From the NCBI GenBank assembly GCA_030704615.1, contig CM060734.1, positions 27,652,001 through 27,716,000 of the forward strand: a stretch of DNA of 64,000 bases. Direction: 5' to 3'. The position numbers were made by a program, and so were the translations under genes. Below are positions 25,925 through 40,037 of this stretch, piece after piece; position 1 is the stretch's first letter; each line of letters begins with the position of its first letter. The notes below the pieces were generated by a model, which saw only the letters and a program-made list of their open reading frames with translations, did no database searches and was not told where the DNA came from. The stretch comes from Takakia lepidozioides (Eukaryota > Plantae > Bryophyta).

Positions 25925-28900
25925 CACATCTTCCCACCATATCAGCCAACTTTTTGGTTAGAACCAATTTACCCAAAGGTATGAATAAGAACTTGTGTTC
26001 TTCAGCCACTGGCAGTAGTCTACTGCCCCTGATTCAAACAAGCCATCTTCCAGCAACATAGTAAGATTGGGTACTTTTTTTGGTGCTACAAAGAGCAAAG
26101 CCATAACCAGGAGGAACATGGAAGCACTTGAGCCAAGGACACGAAAGTCGCTCGTATCGTAAGGTATCTAAAATTGACATAAGGCATCGGCTACAGGAGA
26201 CCAGCTAACAAGAGTAATGTGCATTGACCGGATCATGTATAAGGTGTACAGTACATATACTCTAGCAGGCTGTCTTACCAAGGCCTAGCTCATAATATCA
26301 TCATTCAGAAGTCATTTAGATGCTCTACGTTTATTTCAGGTACCATCGAGGATGCCTTACTCTCCATGCCCAATCAACCAACATATTTTTGCTGGAGAGG
26401 ATCATACCTTATGAGGGATTTGTTGCTCCATATTATTGTTATGGAGGTATAGGGGGCTGATACCCCATGGCTTTGCCAGACCTCCGCAAAAGCCATTAAA
26501 GGTGTTAGAACATCAAAGTAAGAAGACTGGAAAATGACAAGTGAGAGGTAGATAGTGTGTACAGAAACCACTAAGTACACTGGGCAAAAAACAGAGGGAA
26601 GATAAATATGTCTTGTCAAGGCACAGACAAGACAAGTGCTGTCATTGTCAAATAAAGACAAATCAGCTTCATGACGAGGCACTATCTAACTTCACCTCGC
26701 ATAGACAGTATCTTACTTGATAGAAACTCATGTCATCTTCCTGGAAGTACATGAAAAGTTAGGGTGGGAGGGTGGGATTTCCAAGACAACCATCACCCTG
26801 GATTCAGATGTCATTCATCATTGAAGGAGTCTTGTTTAAAAAAAAAAAAAAAAAAAAAAACCAGGACAAACACCACCCTTGGTACATACCATCAGCAGAA
26901 ACACTTGAGCCTTTAAAAACGAGTGCCAGGTGTTGCAATTCCAAAAGCCCAACCTGATAATTTAGTCTATGTTCCATGAATGCATAAAGGTCTGGATCTG
27001 GATTTCCATCATCTCTCCAAAACTCAATCAGAGCAGGAGTGCTACATTGAGCATAATCAGAACTTTATGGACAACACCAGCTCAGAGGGTATTCCAAAAA
27101 GCCCAGTTTGAATTATGTATTTTGAAAAAGCCAGACCAGCCCACTGCTTGGTATTTTTCCAAGTCAAAACAGTGTGCAAAGGTCTTGCTTTCAAATCACT
27201 GGGTATGTCCAAAAGTACTACTTGGTACTTTTCAAACTTATAATAGCGTAACCAGGCCTGTTTTAAACTCAATGGTTAATTCCAAAGATACTGCTTGGTA
27301 CACCTAAAGCAGCCATTATGTAATCCATCAAGCCAAAACAGCTTAGACAGTTTTGTTTTAAACTCAGAGAGTAGTTCCAAAAACCTGCTTCGTAACTCAG
27401 ACCAGACGGTGGTAATTTGGCAAAGCCCTTCAATACATCTGCTTGGTATTCTTCGAGCTAAAACAATATGAATATATCTGCCTTAAACAAGTTAAAACAG
27501 TAAAACCAGATCTGTTTCAGACTCAAAGGGTGGTTCCAAAGGCATAGCTTGGCAACCTTAAAACAGATGTTATGTAATCTGAAAAGCCCGTCATGCCAGG
27601 TGCTTGGCCTGTTTTAAACTCAACGCTTAATTTCAAAGATACTGCTTGGTACACCTAAAGCAGCCAGTATGTAGTCTGAAAAGCCATCGAGCCAAAACAG
27701 CTTAGACATTCTGTTCTAAATTCAGAACGTAGTTCCAAAGACCTGCTTGATAAATCAGACCAGACAGCCTGTAATTTGCTCAAAGGGTGGTTCCAAAGGC
27801 ATTGCTTGGCAACCTTAAAACAGATGTTATGTAATCCGAAAAGCCCATCATGCCAGCAGCTTGGTAATCTCTAAGTTAGAGCAGTGTAGTCGTGACTGTT
27901 TTAGTCTTAGAACTCTAACCTCAATGTCCAAAAATACTCCTTGGTACTTACCATGTTAAAACAACATAAGAAGGCCTGTTTTAAGCATCACTGGATAGCT
28001 TTAGGTCTGGAGATGTTACTCCAGCACCATATCAATATGATGCCAAAGTTCATACTGGTATCATGCTAGAAAACCGACTTATAATCAGGTTGAAAACCCT
28101 CGAGTCTTAATAGAACGTCTGTATTCTATAAAGCTCAGCACATTGCCATATTGTTCAACAGAAGCAGTTGGTTGCAATCATAAAAAAACAAAAACAAATC
28201 GTATCGGATGCCCCGCTGAAGCAGTATTCAGCGTCAATCGTCACCCATCGCCAAGTCTTTTGATCATCTGCAAACTGAAAGATACATATTAAGTGAAGGC
28301 CCTCACCTGTGCCCGTCCCAAAACCACCACATCAAGATGGGTGTTAGTGAGGATGCACCAAGCGAGTAGCAGGTCTTCGCAGTTGCTATCCATGTCCAAC
28401 ATGCATTCTACAGTGAGCAAATTGATCAAAAGAAGAACAAAGATGCGACACCACTAAGAACCTTAATCGTTTGTGGAGTGGGACGCTGCGGCGTTCAACA
28501 TCTGAATCTCAAGAGATCACAATAGAATGCAACAAAATGGGAGACTTGAGGAAAATTGCATCTTTACAAAGTGCAACTTAACTTCCTCCGTCTCCTTAAG
28601 AGCGCCGCCGCTTCATGAATGCGAAAGATTGCAGGCAAACACAGCAGTAGGTCGTTTGCCAGCACGGGAAATGGAAGTACCTGCCGCCATCGCGCATTAA
28701 AAAAACAAAGCGCGCGCAGATCGTGCTGCTCGAGCACTCGGCCGCCATCGCCCTCCACCAGAGAAAACAAGCACGAGTATCGTGCTGTGCTTAGGGCAGA
28801 GAGACGGTTAGGCAAACCATCCCGCGATTTCATCCACTGGGAATGAAATTTTGCACTTTCATTAAGGTTACATCCTCTTAGGCTTACATCCGTTATGGTT

Positions 28901-31286
28901 ACATCGAGGAAGGATGTAATGGATGAAAAATTGCAGGCTACATCCTCGGTGGTAAAGTTCAAGACAATAAATTTCCAAACCAGATAGGCTTAGGAAAAAA
29001 ATTGTTAATCCCAAACAGATAATTGGAGAGAGGGAGAGGGGGGGCACCCACCATCCAACCCCTGGTATGGCAGTCCCTTATGGAGTGAGTTTGGTATGCA
29101 CTCACCCCGTAAGGGAGTGCGCATACCAGACCCATTCTCATAAGGCTCTCCCTCTACAATGTAGTTCTATCCTTGGACTTGAATACCAAATGGATAAAAG
29201 GCCTGCATTCTCTCTGCTCTCAGATTACGAGTGAACATCGGCACAACATAATTCAAACTTGGCAAGAGTTCAGAAATTACAGGTGTTCTTCAACCAATGG
29301 CAGCAGACTACTGCACATCTTCCCACCATATCAGCCAACTTTTTGGTTAGAACCAATTTACCCAAAGGTATGAATAAGAACTTGTGTTCTTCAGCCACTG
29401 GCAGTAGTCTACTGCCCCTGATTCAAACAAGCCATCTTCCAGCAACATAGTAAGATTGGGTACTTTTTTTGGTGCTACAAAGAGCAAAGCCATAACCAGG
29501 AGGAACATGGAAGCACTTGAGCCAAGGACACGAAAGTCGCTCGTATCGTAAGGTATCTAAAATTGACATAAGGCATCGGCTACAGGAGACCAGCTAACAA
29601 GAGTAATGTGCATTGACCGGATCATGTATAAGGTGTACAGTACATATACTCTAGCAGGCTGTCTTACCAAGGCCTAGCTCATAATATCATCATTCAGAAG
29701 TCATTTAGATGCTCTACGTTTATTTCAGGTACCATCGAGGATGCCTTACTCTCCATGCCCAATCAACCAACATATTTTTGCTGGAGAGGATCATACCTTA
29801 TGAGGGATTTGTTGCTCCATATTATTGTTATGGAGGTATAGGGGGCTGATACCCCATGGCTTTGCCAGACCTCCGCAAAAGCCATTAAAGGTGTTAGAAC
29901 ATCAAAGTAAGAAGACTGGAAAATGACAAGTGAGAGGTAGATAGTGTGTACAGAAACCACTAAGTACACTGGGCAAAAAACAGAGGGAAGATAAATATGT
30001 CTTGTCAAGGCACAGACAAGACAAGTGCTGTCATTGTCAAATAAAGACAAATCAGCTTCATGACGAGGCACTATCTAACTTCACCTCGCATAGACAGTAT
30101 CTTACTTGATAGAAACTCATGTCATCTTCCTGGAAGTACATGAAAAGTTAGGGTGGGAGGGTGGGATTTCCAAGACAACCATCACCCTGGATTCAGATGT
30201 CATTCATCATTGAAGGAGTCTTGTTTAAAAAAAAAAAAAAAAAAAAAACCAGGACAAACACCACCCTTGGTACATACCATCAGCAGAAACACTTGAGCCT
30301 TTAAAAACGAGTGCCAGGTGTTGCAATTCCAAAAGCCCAACCTGATAATTTAGTCTATGTTCCATGAATGCATAAAGGTCTGGATCTGGATTTCCATCAT
30401 CTCTCCAAAACTCAATCAGAGCAGGAGTGCTACATTGAGCATAATCAGAACTTTATGGACAACACCAGCTCAGAGGGTATTCCAAAAAGCCCAGTTTGAA
30501 TTATGTATTTTGAAAAAGCCAGACCAGCCCACTGCTTGGTATTTTTCCAAGTCAAAACAGTGTGCAAAGGTCTTGCTTTCAAATCACTGGGTATGTCCAA
30601 AAGTACTACTTGGTACTTTTCAAACTTATAATAGCGTAACCAGGCCTGTTTTAAACTCAATGGTTAATTCCAAAGATACTGCTTGGTACACCTAAAGCAG
30701 CCATTATGTAATCCATCAAGCCAAAACAGCTTAGACAGTTTTGTTTTAAACTCAGAGAGTAGTTCCAAAAACCTGCTTCGTAACTCAGACCAGACGGTGG
30801 TAATTTGGCAAAGCCCTTCAATACATCTGCTTGGTATTCTTCGAGCTAAAACAATATGAATATATCTGCCTTAAACAAGTTAAAACAGTAAAACCAGATC
30901 TGTTTCAGACTCAAAGGGTGGTTCCAAAGGCATAGCTTGGCAACCTTAAAACAGATGTTATGTAATCTGAAAAGCCCGTCATGCCAGGTGCTTGGCCTGT
31001 TTTAAACTCAACGCTTAATTTCAAAGATGCTGCTTGGTACACCTAAAGCAGCCAGTATGTAGTCTGAAAAGCCATCGAGCCAAAACAGCTTAGACATTCT
31101 GTTCTAAATTCAGAACGTAGTTCCAAAGACCTGCTTGATAAATCAGACCAGACAGCCTGTAATTTGCTCAAAGGGTGGTTCCAAAGGCATTGCTTGGCAA
31201 CCTTAAAACAGATGTTATGTAATCCGAAAAGCCCATCATGCCAGCAGCTTGGTAATCTCTAAGTTAGAGCAGTGTAGTCGTGACTG
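25925..31286. repeat. Near-identical direct duplication (25925-27897 = 29314-31286) of an unclassified repeat family; includes internal sub-repeats at ~27050-27950
   Basis: Offset 3389 bp with identical ORF translations. Differences seen are poly-A length and gatact/gatgct. The second copy runs into the gap. Confidence 0.9.
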
Positions 31287-31786
31287 NNNNNNNNNNNNNN
31301 NNNNNNNNNNNNNNNNNNNNNNNNNNNNNNNNNNNNNNNNNNNNNNNNNNNNNNNNNNNNNNNNNNNNNNNNNNNNNNNNNNNNNNNNNNNNNNNNNNNN
31401 NNNNNNNNNNNNNNNNNNNNNNNNNNNNNNNNNNNNNNNNNNNNNNNNNNNNNNNNNNNNNNNNNNNNNNNNNNNNNNNNNNNNNNNNNNNNNNNNNNNN
31501 NNNNNNNNNNNNNNNNNNNNNNNNNNNNNNNNNNNNNNNNNNNNNNNNNNNNNNNNNNNNNNNNNNNNNNNNNNNNNNNNNNNNNNNNNNNNNNNNNNNN
31601 NNNNNNNNNNNNNNNNNNNNNNNNNNNNNNNNNNNNNNNNNNNNNNNNNNNNNNNNNNNNNNNNNNNNNNNNNNNNNNNNNNNNNNNNNNNNNNNNNNNN
31701 NNNNNNNNNNNNNNNNNNNNNNNNNNNNNNNNNNNNNNNNNNNNNNNNNNNNNNNNNNNNNNNNNNNNNNNNNNNNNNNNNNNNNN
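31287..31786. other. Assembly gap (500 N)
   Basis: Run of N. Confidence 1.
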
Positions 31787-34700
31787 ATACCCAATTCTGA
31801 TATGCTGTTGGTAGATGTTTTGTCTGAATACCATGTGGTAAACCCCTGCCAGACTTCATTATCTAAGTCCCAATACCTGCCCCCTCTTGGTTTGTACACA
31901 TGTTTTACCCAAAAAACAAGGGGGTGGGTAGACACTAAAAGTTTGATATAAGATTCTTTCCTGATTGTTACTTTTGACCTTGGAATTGAGGGTTCTTTCA
32001 CTGGCCTCTTCTTCCGGTCACCAGAGCTTATATATAAACTAAAAGGTAAAACTCTACATTTTGATGTACATGTGTTGATGTACCTTCGTTTGTCACAACT
32101 TGCCAACGTGGAACATGCCAATGGCAGAAAATTCATTACCTAAACCTGCCCCCATTGGTTTTGTACACATGTGGTACCCAAAAACATGGGCTAGGTAGAC
32201 ACTAAAGGGTTGATAAAAGTTTATTTCCTGTTTGTTGCTTCATGAATTTCGGAGTTAAGGTCCCTTCATTGGCCTCATCTTTCCATTACCAGAGCTTATG
32301 TGTAGCTAAAAGGTAAAACTCTACATTATGATGTAAGTGTTGATGTACCTTTGCTTGTCACGGCTTGTTTTGTTTTTTGACCTTGGAGAGTTGAGATTGT
32401 AGGCATGTTTATTTCTATGGTTCCTTGTAACCAGAAGTAAAAGCTACAAAGAAGAGGGGAGGTCATTTATGTGATGGGGTCTGGTATGCACTCCCTTACG
32501 GGGGTGAGTGCATACCACACTCACTCCATAAGGAGCTGCCATACCAGGGGATGGTTGGTGGGTTCCCTCTCTCTCCCTCCCTCCATGGATCTGGCTGGTT
32601 CTTTTAAAACTTGATAGTTTAAGACCAGTGGTATGTTACCTAACCCCTAATTAACCTTCTTGGAATTTGGTTAATTTCGGTTATTTACATTACCCGGATT
32701 TTTGGTATAAGGTCGGGATCCTAATGGAGCCATCCTATTCTTTAATTTTTTCATCCATAAATGGATGTCATCCTCAGAGGATGAATCAGATGAAAAATCG
32801 AGAGACAATTTCATCCTGCGCGTAGTAGAGTTCATCCCGTGTGATGGATTTCATCCCGAATGGATGAAATCGTGGAAATCACGTGGATGGATGGAATCGC
32901 GGGAAATCGCGCTTCATCTCTTCCCTGCCCTAACCCTCTCCACGACGATCGTGCTTAAGGGATGGCTGGAGCTGAGAGATGGCGGCGGGGGCCGCATGGA
33001 GCTCGATTCAGGCGCCCTTGAATGCCACGGAGCTGCGCCATTAAGGCATTTAGGTGTTCTGGCAAGATTCAGTACCTTCTTCCCCTCTTGGGGTGCGCAA
33101 TGGCGGCAGTACCTGCAATTTCCCTGTGGCGGTTGTTTCTAATGCTTGGCGGGCGATCTACCTGTGTTGTGGTTGCTTGCTGTGACGTTCATTGATCATT
33201 AAGATACAAGCGGCGATCTTAAGGCCTCAGGGAAGTGTCTGAACTCTTTGAGTTTGGGCGATTCACTTTCTTTGTGCATGCTTTGTACATTTTGTTGTGC
33301 ATTCTTGTTTGCTGGTCTTGAGAGCTATGGCGCAGGCCTCTCTTCCACAAGCCATCAAGGTATTGGCTTGCATATGCTCTGTTTCCTTTCTGCCCCTGCT
33401 TTGTATTGCATGTTGTACAGCGATAACAAGCGTGAGACCTGCGATTCACCCGGGGTTCCACATCGTCTCTAACTTAACTGTTTCTGATTGCGTGTGATGG
33501 GACCGGGTGAGGGTCCTCACTTAACATGGATTTTTAAAGCTTGAAGTTGATTGGAATCGAGTTGAAGAAGCGACGCCATCTGTATCTTTGGGGGAGAACA
33601 ATCCTTTCTTCCTCTTTCCTTTGATCTTGATGGCTCCTATGTTTAACCTAGTATGGTGGACAATCAATCATTAGGGCGACTATCTCTTGTTCCCTATGGC
33701 ATACTGATGTGACAATGGAGCAATGATATTAAAGAGATCTGGTAACATGCTACAATGTAGGGCATACCTGTTTTCATGACCAGACAGTGTTCTTGAATGT
33801 ACAAGCATTGGAAACTTAGCCTCTTTTAGAAGCTGGTTACTTTAGGACACTCGATACCGTGCCAAACTGATATGGATGTGGTTATGCCTTGGTATGTAAG
33901 CTGACCAAAAATAGAGACTGAATGACATGGCATGTCATGAATGGCACTTTTTAGCATGCTGAACAATGGTTTCCTGCTATGAACAGTGGTAATTGAGTCT
34001 CTAATTTTTCCCACCGCCCCACCCAGAGACTTCATTGACTTTGAAGTCTGGGATTTGTCATAAAGCTGACTTGTGAATGAAGAATGGTTGACAATGCCTT
34101 GTTATGAGGCTGATTTGTCGTTAATTTTACAATGACCTTGTCAGGTCTTTGTCCATGTCTCGACAAGACATAAGTATCTTCCCTCTCTGATTTAGACCGG
34201 TGTACTTGGTGGTTCTTGTACACATTATCAACCAATCTCCCTTCTGTTTTCAGTTTTATGTTTGATTTACTAACACCTTGGTCTGAGCATGACAAAAGGT
34301 TATCAAATATGTTCCTGATTGAAGTGATGAACCCAAGGCAATGGGAAGGCCAAAGCCATGAGATATCAGCCTCCTCTCCCGCCATGACCATGGTGTGGAG
34401 CAAGCAAGTCCTTCATAAGGTAAGATCTTCTCCAACAAAAATATGTTGGCTAAGATCTGTTGGGCATGGAGAGTAAGGCATCCTTGAAGGTACCCGAGAC
34501 AAAGACATTTTCCAATGCTCTCTAGCGTCCAATACATAAGGTATTGAAGAACGAGTCGCTTCTTCAACTCGATTCCAATCAACTTCAAGCTTTAAAAATC
34601 CATGTTAAGTGAGGACCCTCACCCGGTCCCATCACACGCAATCAGAAACAGTTAAGTTAGAGACGATGTGGAACCCCGGGTGAATCGCAGGTCTCACGCT

Positions 34701-36333
34701 TGTTATCGCTGTACAACATGCAATACAAAGCAGGGGCAGAAAGGAAACAGAGCATATGCAAGCCAATACCTTGATGGCTTGTGGAAGAGAGGCCTGCGCC
34801 ATAGCTCTCAAGACCAGCAAACAAGAATGCACAACAAAATGTACAAAGCATGCACAAAGAAAGTGAATCGCCCAAACTCAAAGAGTTCAGACACTTCCCT
34901 GAGGCCTTAAGATCGCCGCTTGTATCTTAATGATCAATGAAGGTCACAGCAAGCAACCACAACACAGGTAGATCGCCCGCCAAGCATTAGAGACAACCGC
35001 CATAGGGAAATTGCAGGTACTGCCGCCATTGCGCACCCCAAGAGGGGAAGAAGGTACTGAATCTTGCCAGAACACCTAAATGCCTTAATGGCGCAGCTCC
35101 GTGGCATTCAAGGGCGCCTGAATCGAGCTCCATGCGGCCCCCGCCGCCATCTCTCAGCTCCAGCCATCCCTTAAGCACGATCGTCGTGGAGAGGGTTAGG
35201 GCAGGGAAGAGATGAAGCGCGATTTCCCGCGATTCCATCCACGTGATTTCCCACGATTTCATCCATTCGGGATGAAATCCATCACACGGGATGAACTCTA
35301 CCGCGCAGGATGAAATTGTCTCTCGATTTTTCATCTGAGTCATCCTCTGAGGATGACATCCATTTATGGATGAAAAAATTAAAGAATAGGATGGCTCCAT
35401 TAGGATCCCGACCTTATACCAAAAATCTGGGTAATGTAAATAACCGAAATTAACCAAATTCCAAGAAGGTTAATTAGGGGTTAGGTAACATACCACTGGT
35501 CTTAAACTATCAAGTTTTAAAAGAACCAGCCAGATCCATGGAGGGAGGGAGAGAGAGGGAACCCACCAACCATCCCCTGGTATGGAGCTCCTTATGGAGT
35601 GAGTGTGGTATGCACTCACCCCGTAAGGGAGTGCATACCAGACCCCATCACATAAATGACCTCCCTCTTCTTTGTAGCTTTTACTTCTGGTTACAAAGGA
35701 ACCATAGAAATAAACATGCCTACAATCTCAACTCTCCAAGGTCAAAAAACAAAACAAGCCGTGACAAGCAAAGGTACATCAACACTTACATCATAATGTA
35801 GAGTTTTACCTTTTAGCTACACATAAGCTCTGGTAATGGAAAGATGAGGCCAATGAAGGGACCTTAACTCCGAAATTCATGAAGCAACAAAACAGGAAAT
35901 AAACTTTATCAACCCTTTAGTGTCTACCTAGCCCATGTTTTTGGGTACCACATGTGTACAAAACCAATGGGGGCAGGTTTAGGTAATGAATTTTCTGCCA
36001 TTGGCATGTTCCACGTTGGCAAGTTGTGACAAACGAAGGTACATCAACACATGTACATCAAAATGTAGAGTTTTACCTTTTAGTTTATAATAAGCTCTGG
36101 TGACCGGAAGAAGAGGCCAGTGAAAGAACCCTCAATTCCCAAGGTCATAAAGTAACAATCAGGAAAGAATCTTATATCAAACTTTTAGTGTCTACCCACC
36201 CCTTGTTTTGGGTAAAACATGTGTACAAAACCAAAGGGGGCAGGTATTGGGACTTAGATAATGAAGTCTGGCAGGGGTTTACCACATGGTATTCAGACAA
36301 AACATCTACCAACAGCATATCAGAATTGGGTAT
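31787..36333. repeat. Long inverted repeat: arms 31787-33574 and 34555-36333, spacer ~980 bp
   Basis: Mirror-image ORFs (33219-33461 - vs 34668-34910 +). Ends atacccaattctgatatg and catatcagaattgggtat. Same family as the 25925-31286 repeat. Confidence 0.95.
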
Positions 36334-36569
36334 TTTTTATGGTGCCTATAAAGAGCAAAGCCGTGACCAGGAGAAACAATTTGAGCCAAAGAAATGGAAC
36401 TCATTCTTATCACGAGGTATCCAAATCTGACATAAGGCATCGGCTATAGGGGACCGGCAAACAAGAGTAATGTGCATTGACCGGATCATGTATAAGGTGT
36501 ACACGTCTACTCCAGCAAGCTGTCTTACCAAGGCCTAGCTCAAAATTTCAGCATTCAGAAGCCCTATAG

Positions 36570-39500
36570 GGACACGTCTTTCCTTTCTCTTCTCTTCTGC
36601 CAAGGCGTGCAGATCTTTCTCAGACTCGTCAACAATACCGCCAGACATGTCCAGGTACCACGGGCATCCAACGAGATGCGCGGGATGCCATTGTTTCTGC
36701 ATCTCGGGTGTGTAGACACAGCTTGGGCCCGCCACGGTCCAAGCCATGAAGAACGGGGGCTCTTGAGCCGGGGCCCCTGTCTGAAGGAGCACGTATTTCA
36801 TATACCTGCAAGGCAGTCAGCATGCGTGAGCAAAAGTTGAGACCAACCTACTCGCAGAGTGCCACCGAAAACATAAAATGCGAATGCGGTGCCGCATTTC
36901 CGAGACAAACCTCGTAACCAGGCTTTGCATACAAGGGCAGCTGTGCTTCACCTGTAAACAATTCGCATTGCAGCTTTCCCCGCTCCCTCCTGATGTGTAA
37001 ACTCCACGCTCCTTCTTGCTGTCTGTAGCTTTCTGGCGAAAAGGTTGTCCTTGTACGCACATCTGAAACGTGTCACGTAGTCTTCCAATGTCTGTGTTCC
37101 ATCCCATTTGACGTACAAGCCGAACGAATTTGTGTGCATTACGACTTGCTCCTTCGCATTCGACATTACCTGCGATTCCCAAATGCATTGTCACGTAGCA
37201 GTTCAGGGAATTCATTTAGAAAAGCAAATCTGGGGAAGTACCTTGAATTACCTGGAACCACCAAGTCATACAGTTGAGCCACACATCCACTGCAGGGTCG
37301 GAAACTTCGAGTGGAAAAGACCACATTGTCCTTATGCTCTCGGATGCATTCCAGATCGACAGCCACCGTGTCTGCCATTTCCGATCCAATGTCAGGAGCT
37401 GGAAGAGAGTGGCTATTGCTAGGAAGGAACTTCAGTGCATTGAAACCTCACCTTCTCTTTCGCCTCCACACATGCCGTTGAGAGGTGATGCAGTTTCTCC
37501 AATTGCATGGTCGGCTGCATGGCCCGAGAATAGTGTTTTGCAATCTCGGGGATGAAGTCCTTTCCAAGTGCCGGATCTGCAATTGCCACCAGCTTCACAA
37601 GCTTTGACTTGTATTTGGTTTTGGACTTGACACCGGCTTCCTTCAAGTGCTCAGTCAATGACTGCAACGTTTTGACCTGCCCCTCACTTTCCATGAAGAA
37701 GCGTTTGGCATGGGCCAAATCCAGCTTGATGTTTGACTGCCAACAAAAACATGCAGAAGCGTTACATTCAATTCATGTGGAAAGATTACTGGAAATTGGG
37801 GAAGGATGAGCAGAGGGAAATTGGAGGACGACTTACTTCGTATATCACCTCCATTCCATCCATAGTGAGATGATACCATGTCCGGTCTGTTTTTGCAACG
37901 GCTTTCTGAATGAGCTCGGGCTCCAGCATTTCCGCAAACATCTGCGGATCAGTGAGACCAGTTTTCCTCACCCTGTACAGCATATGTGCCATGTGGGTAT
38001 GCACGTACGCATTCTCAGTGACCCTGCAAGGCACACTCTCCAGTTCAGTACACGGAAGCACGGAAACAAACCAGAATGGAAACCGAAATGCGGCACCGCA
38101 TTTCGAACGTGCTAGGGAGGGTATGAGTATCTTACGAGTTGAGGTCCGCCATGGCATTCTTGAGCAGGGAGGAGTCTGCCGCCTTCACCTTGAGGATGAC
38201 ACACTCCACCATGTAATGCCAGCCAATGTGCTTGGCATGGTTCTGCTTGATGTACTCCACCAGGCGAGAAGTCGGTGATTCCCGTCCCACACAAAGAACA
38301 TTTTACCAGACATATGGCCGAAGTCTGGATCACCCTTCAGCGTCGCCTCGAATTCGTCGTTGCGAGTGTGCCAGTGGGTATCCCACGTTGACAATTCATC
38401 GGCAGTGGGTCCACAAGTTTCGCCGTCCTCATTCTCAATGGAAACGTAAAACGCTGCCGATCCCAGACGGTACCCTTCTCGAAATGCGAACTTCAGCTTA
38501 TCCACATCTCCGGGAAGGGCCTGCCTGACGATGGGAAGGGAGACCATGCGATAGAGTGGGATTCGAAGAGTCCGCTGGAATACCCTGCTGCCCAGAACTC
38601 TGCCAATGCTACTGTGTGTCTCCTCCAACATTTTATCCGCTGCACTTTTGAAATCCTCCGGAGACATGTCTGTAGGTGCCGGTAGTGGCTGAGCAGCTGG
38701 AGCATCCTCAACTGGAGCTGCACTCGGGGGCCTGTCTGTGGGCAATTCTGCCATTGCAGAGGCCTCCTCCGCGCCTGATTGCTCATCGGTGGTGAGGTCT
38801 TGCTGCGAACGTTGAGCGGCAGCACCCTCCTCCGGTACCAAATCGAGATCAACGGTCGATCCCATTGCCTTCGCTGCAGCAGAGTCGGCCCCAACATCTG
38901 CAGGCGGGAAATCCTCCAGGAACTGAGCTTCAGCTCGTGGAAGCGGTTTTGCGGGAGATTGTTCGGCCGTCGCCCTGATTGCCTTCTGCTTCCTCATCCT
39001 TGCAGGTGAAGGTGTCTGCTGCAATTGAATCTGTCTTTTACCCTGCTGCTTCATTCGCGTTGGGGGGGGTGAATCGGCCTGAGCCGGTTCAGAAGTCAGT
39101 AGAGGGACGGGCTGCTTCTTCTTCGACTTTGCTGGAGAAGGGCCCGACCCCTGCTGGCGATTCTCCATGACCAAAGAACGCGAGTCGATCTCTGGGGCTT
39201 TGAACTTGCCCTTCGAAGCCGCGTCTTTGAATCGCACAGGGCTAGGCCCGGCAGGAATACCCGCGCTCGGGGATCGGGTGGGTGTACGTGCTGCAGCTAG
39301 CTCCTCGGACTCTTCCTGCGGCTCTTCGGATTCCTGCGATCCCTCCAGCACGTCCACCTTTCCTGTTAGGCATGCAAACATGTTCTGCATTCAAGTCTCC
39401 TAGCATTCAGTCTAAGAATTACAGAAGCAAAATGGGGGGTTCGGTGCTCGATCAGCTGCGCGCAGCCCGATCGCATGAAGCTCTCACTGGTGGCTGGGTT

Positions 39501-39600
39501 GCCTGAGTGGCCTGCTGCTCGGAGATGGCAATCTCCTCCTGTAGACGCATCTGCTTCCTCCCCTTCGGCATTGGCCTACGTCCGAAGTATAATTTCCGGA
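36570..39600 (-). pseudogene. 5' half of the ParB-methyltransferase passenger gene (copy B): low-complexity N-terminus, ParB/Srx-like domain, helical region
   Basis: PIVRQALPGDVDKLKFAFREGY...KMFFVWDGNHRLLAW. Downstream exons (IADPALGKDF, TLEDYVTRF, GCPWYLDM) align exon by exon with 44900-47359. Frameshifts; truncated at ~36570. Confidence 0.75.
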
Positions 39601-40037
39601 GCTTGCGACGAGGTCTCCTGTCTGATGCACGAACTCCCCCCCTCTCAGGTTCGAGCATAAGAAGAACAGAGAGAGGGAAAAGGGGCAAAGAGTGCAGATG
39701 GAAAGGGCGCGAGAGGGGTGACTGAGGAGACACGACAAAAGTAGATGAAACGGCGGTGATGCACCACTTGGGTTCGAAAGGGTTGGACGAAAGTGTCTCC
39801 TCGTGGACTTTGCGTCATTACGAAATTCGAATCGTTCAGGGTACGCCTGCCGTCCGAAAAACAAACATCATTATCCAACGGTCAGGCTGCGCCGCCTCAT
39901 GCCCCTTCAGTCAGATAGAGTGCCGACATGTGCAGCAATTCCGTTGCTCCACGTGTTCACATTTCAAGGCATTTCCGTCCCAGCGTCTGATGAGTTGGAG
40001 TGAAAATGCGAATGCGGCTTCACATACCTTAGTTGTT

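Noticed and set aside
31236-32136. ORFs containing X runs
   Set aside because: Artefacts of the N gap.
32760-32900. Hammerhead ribozyme of a Penelope-like element
   Set aside because: No CUGANGA/GAAA core with the three required stems was found.
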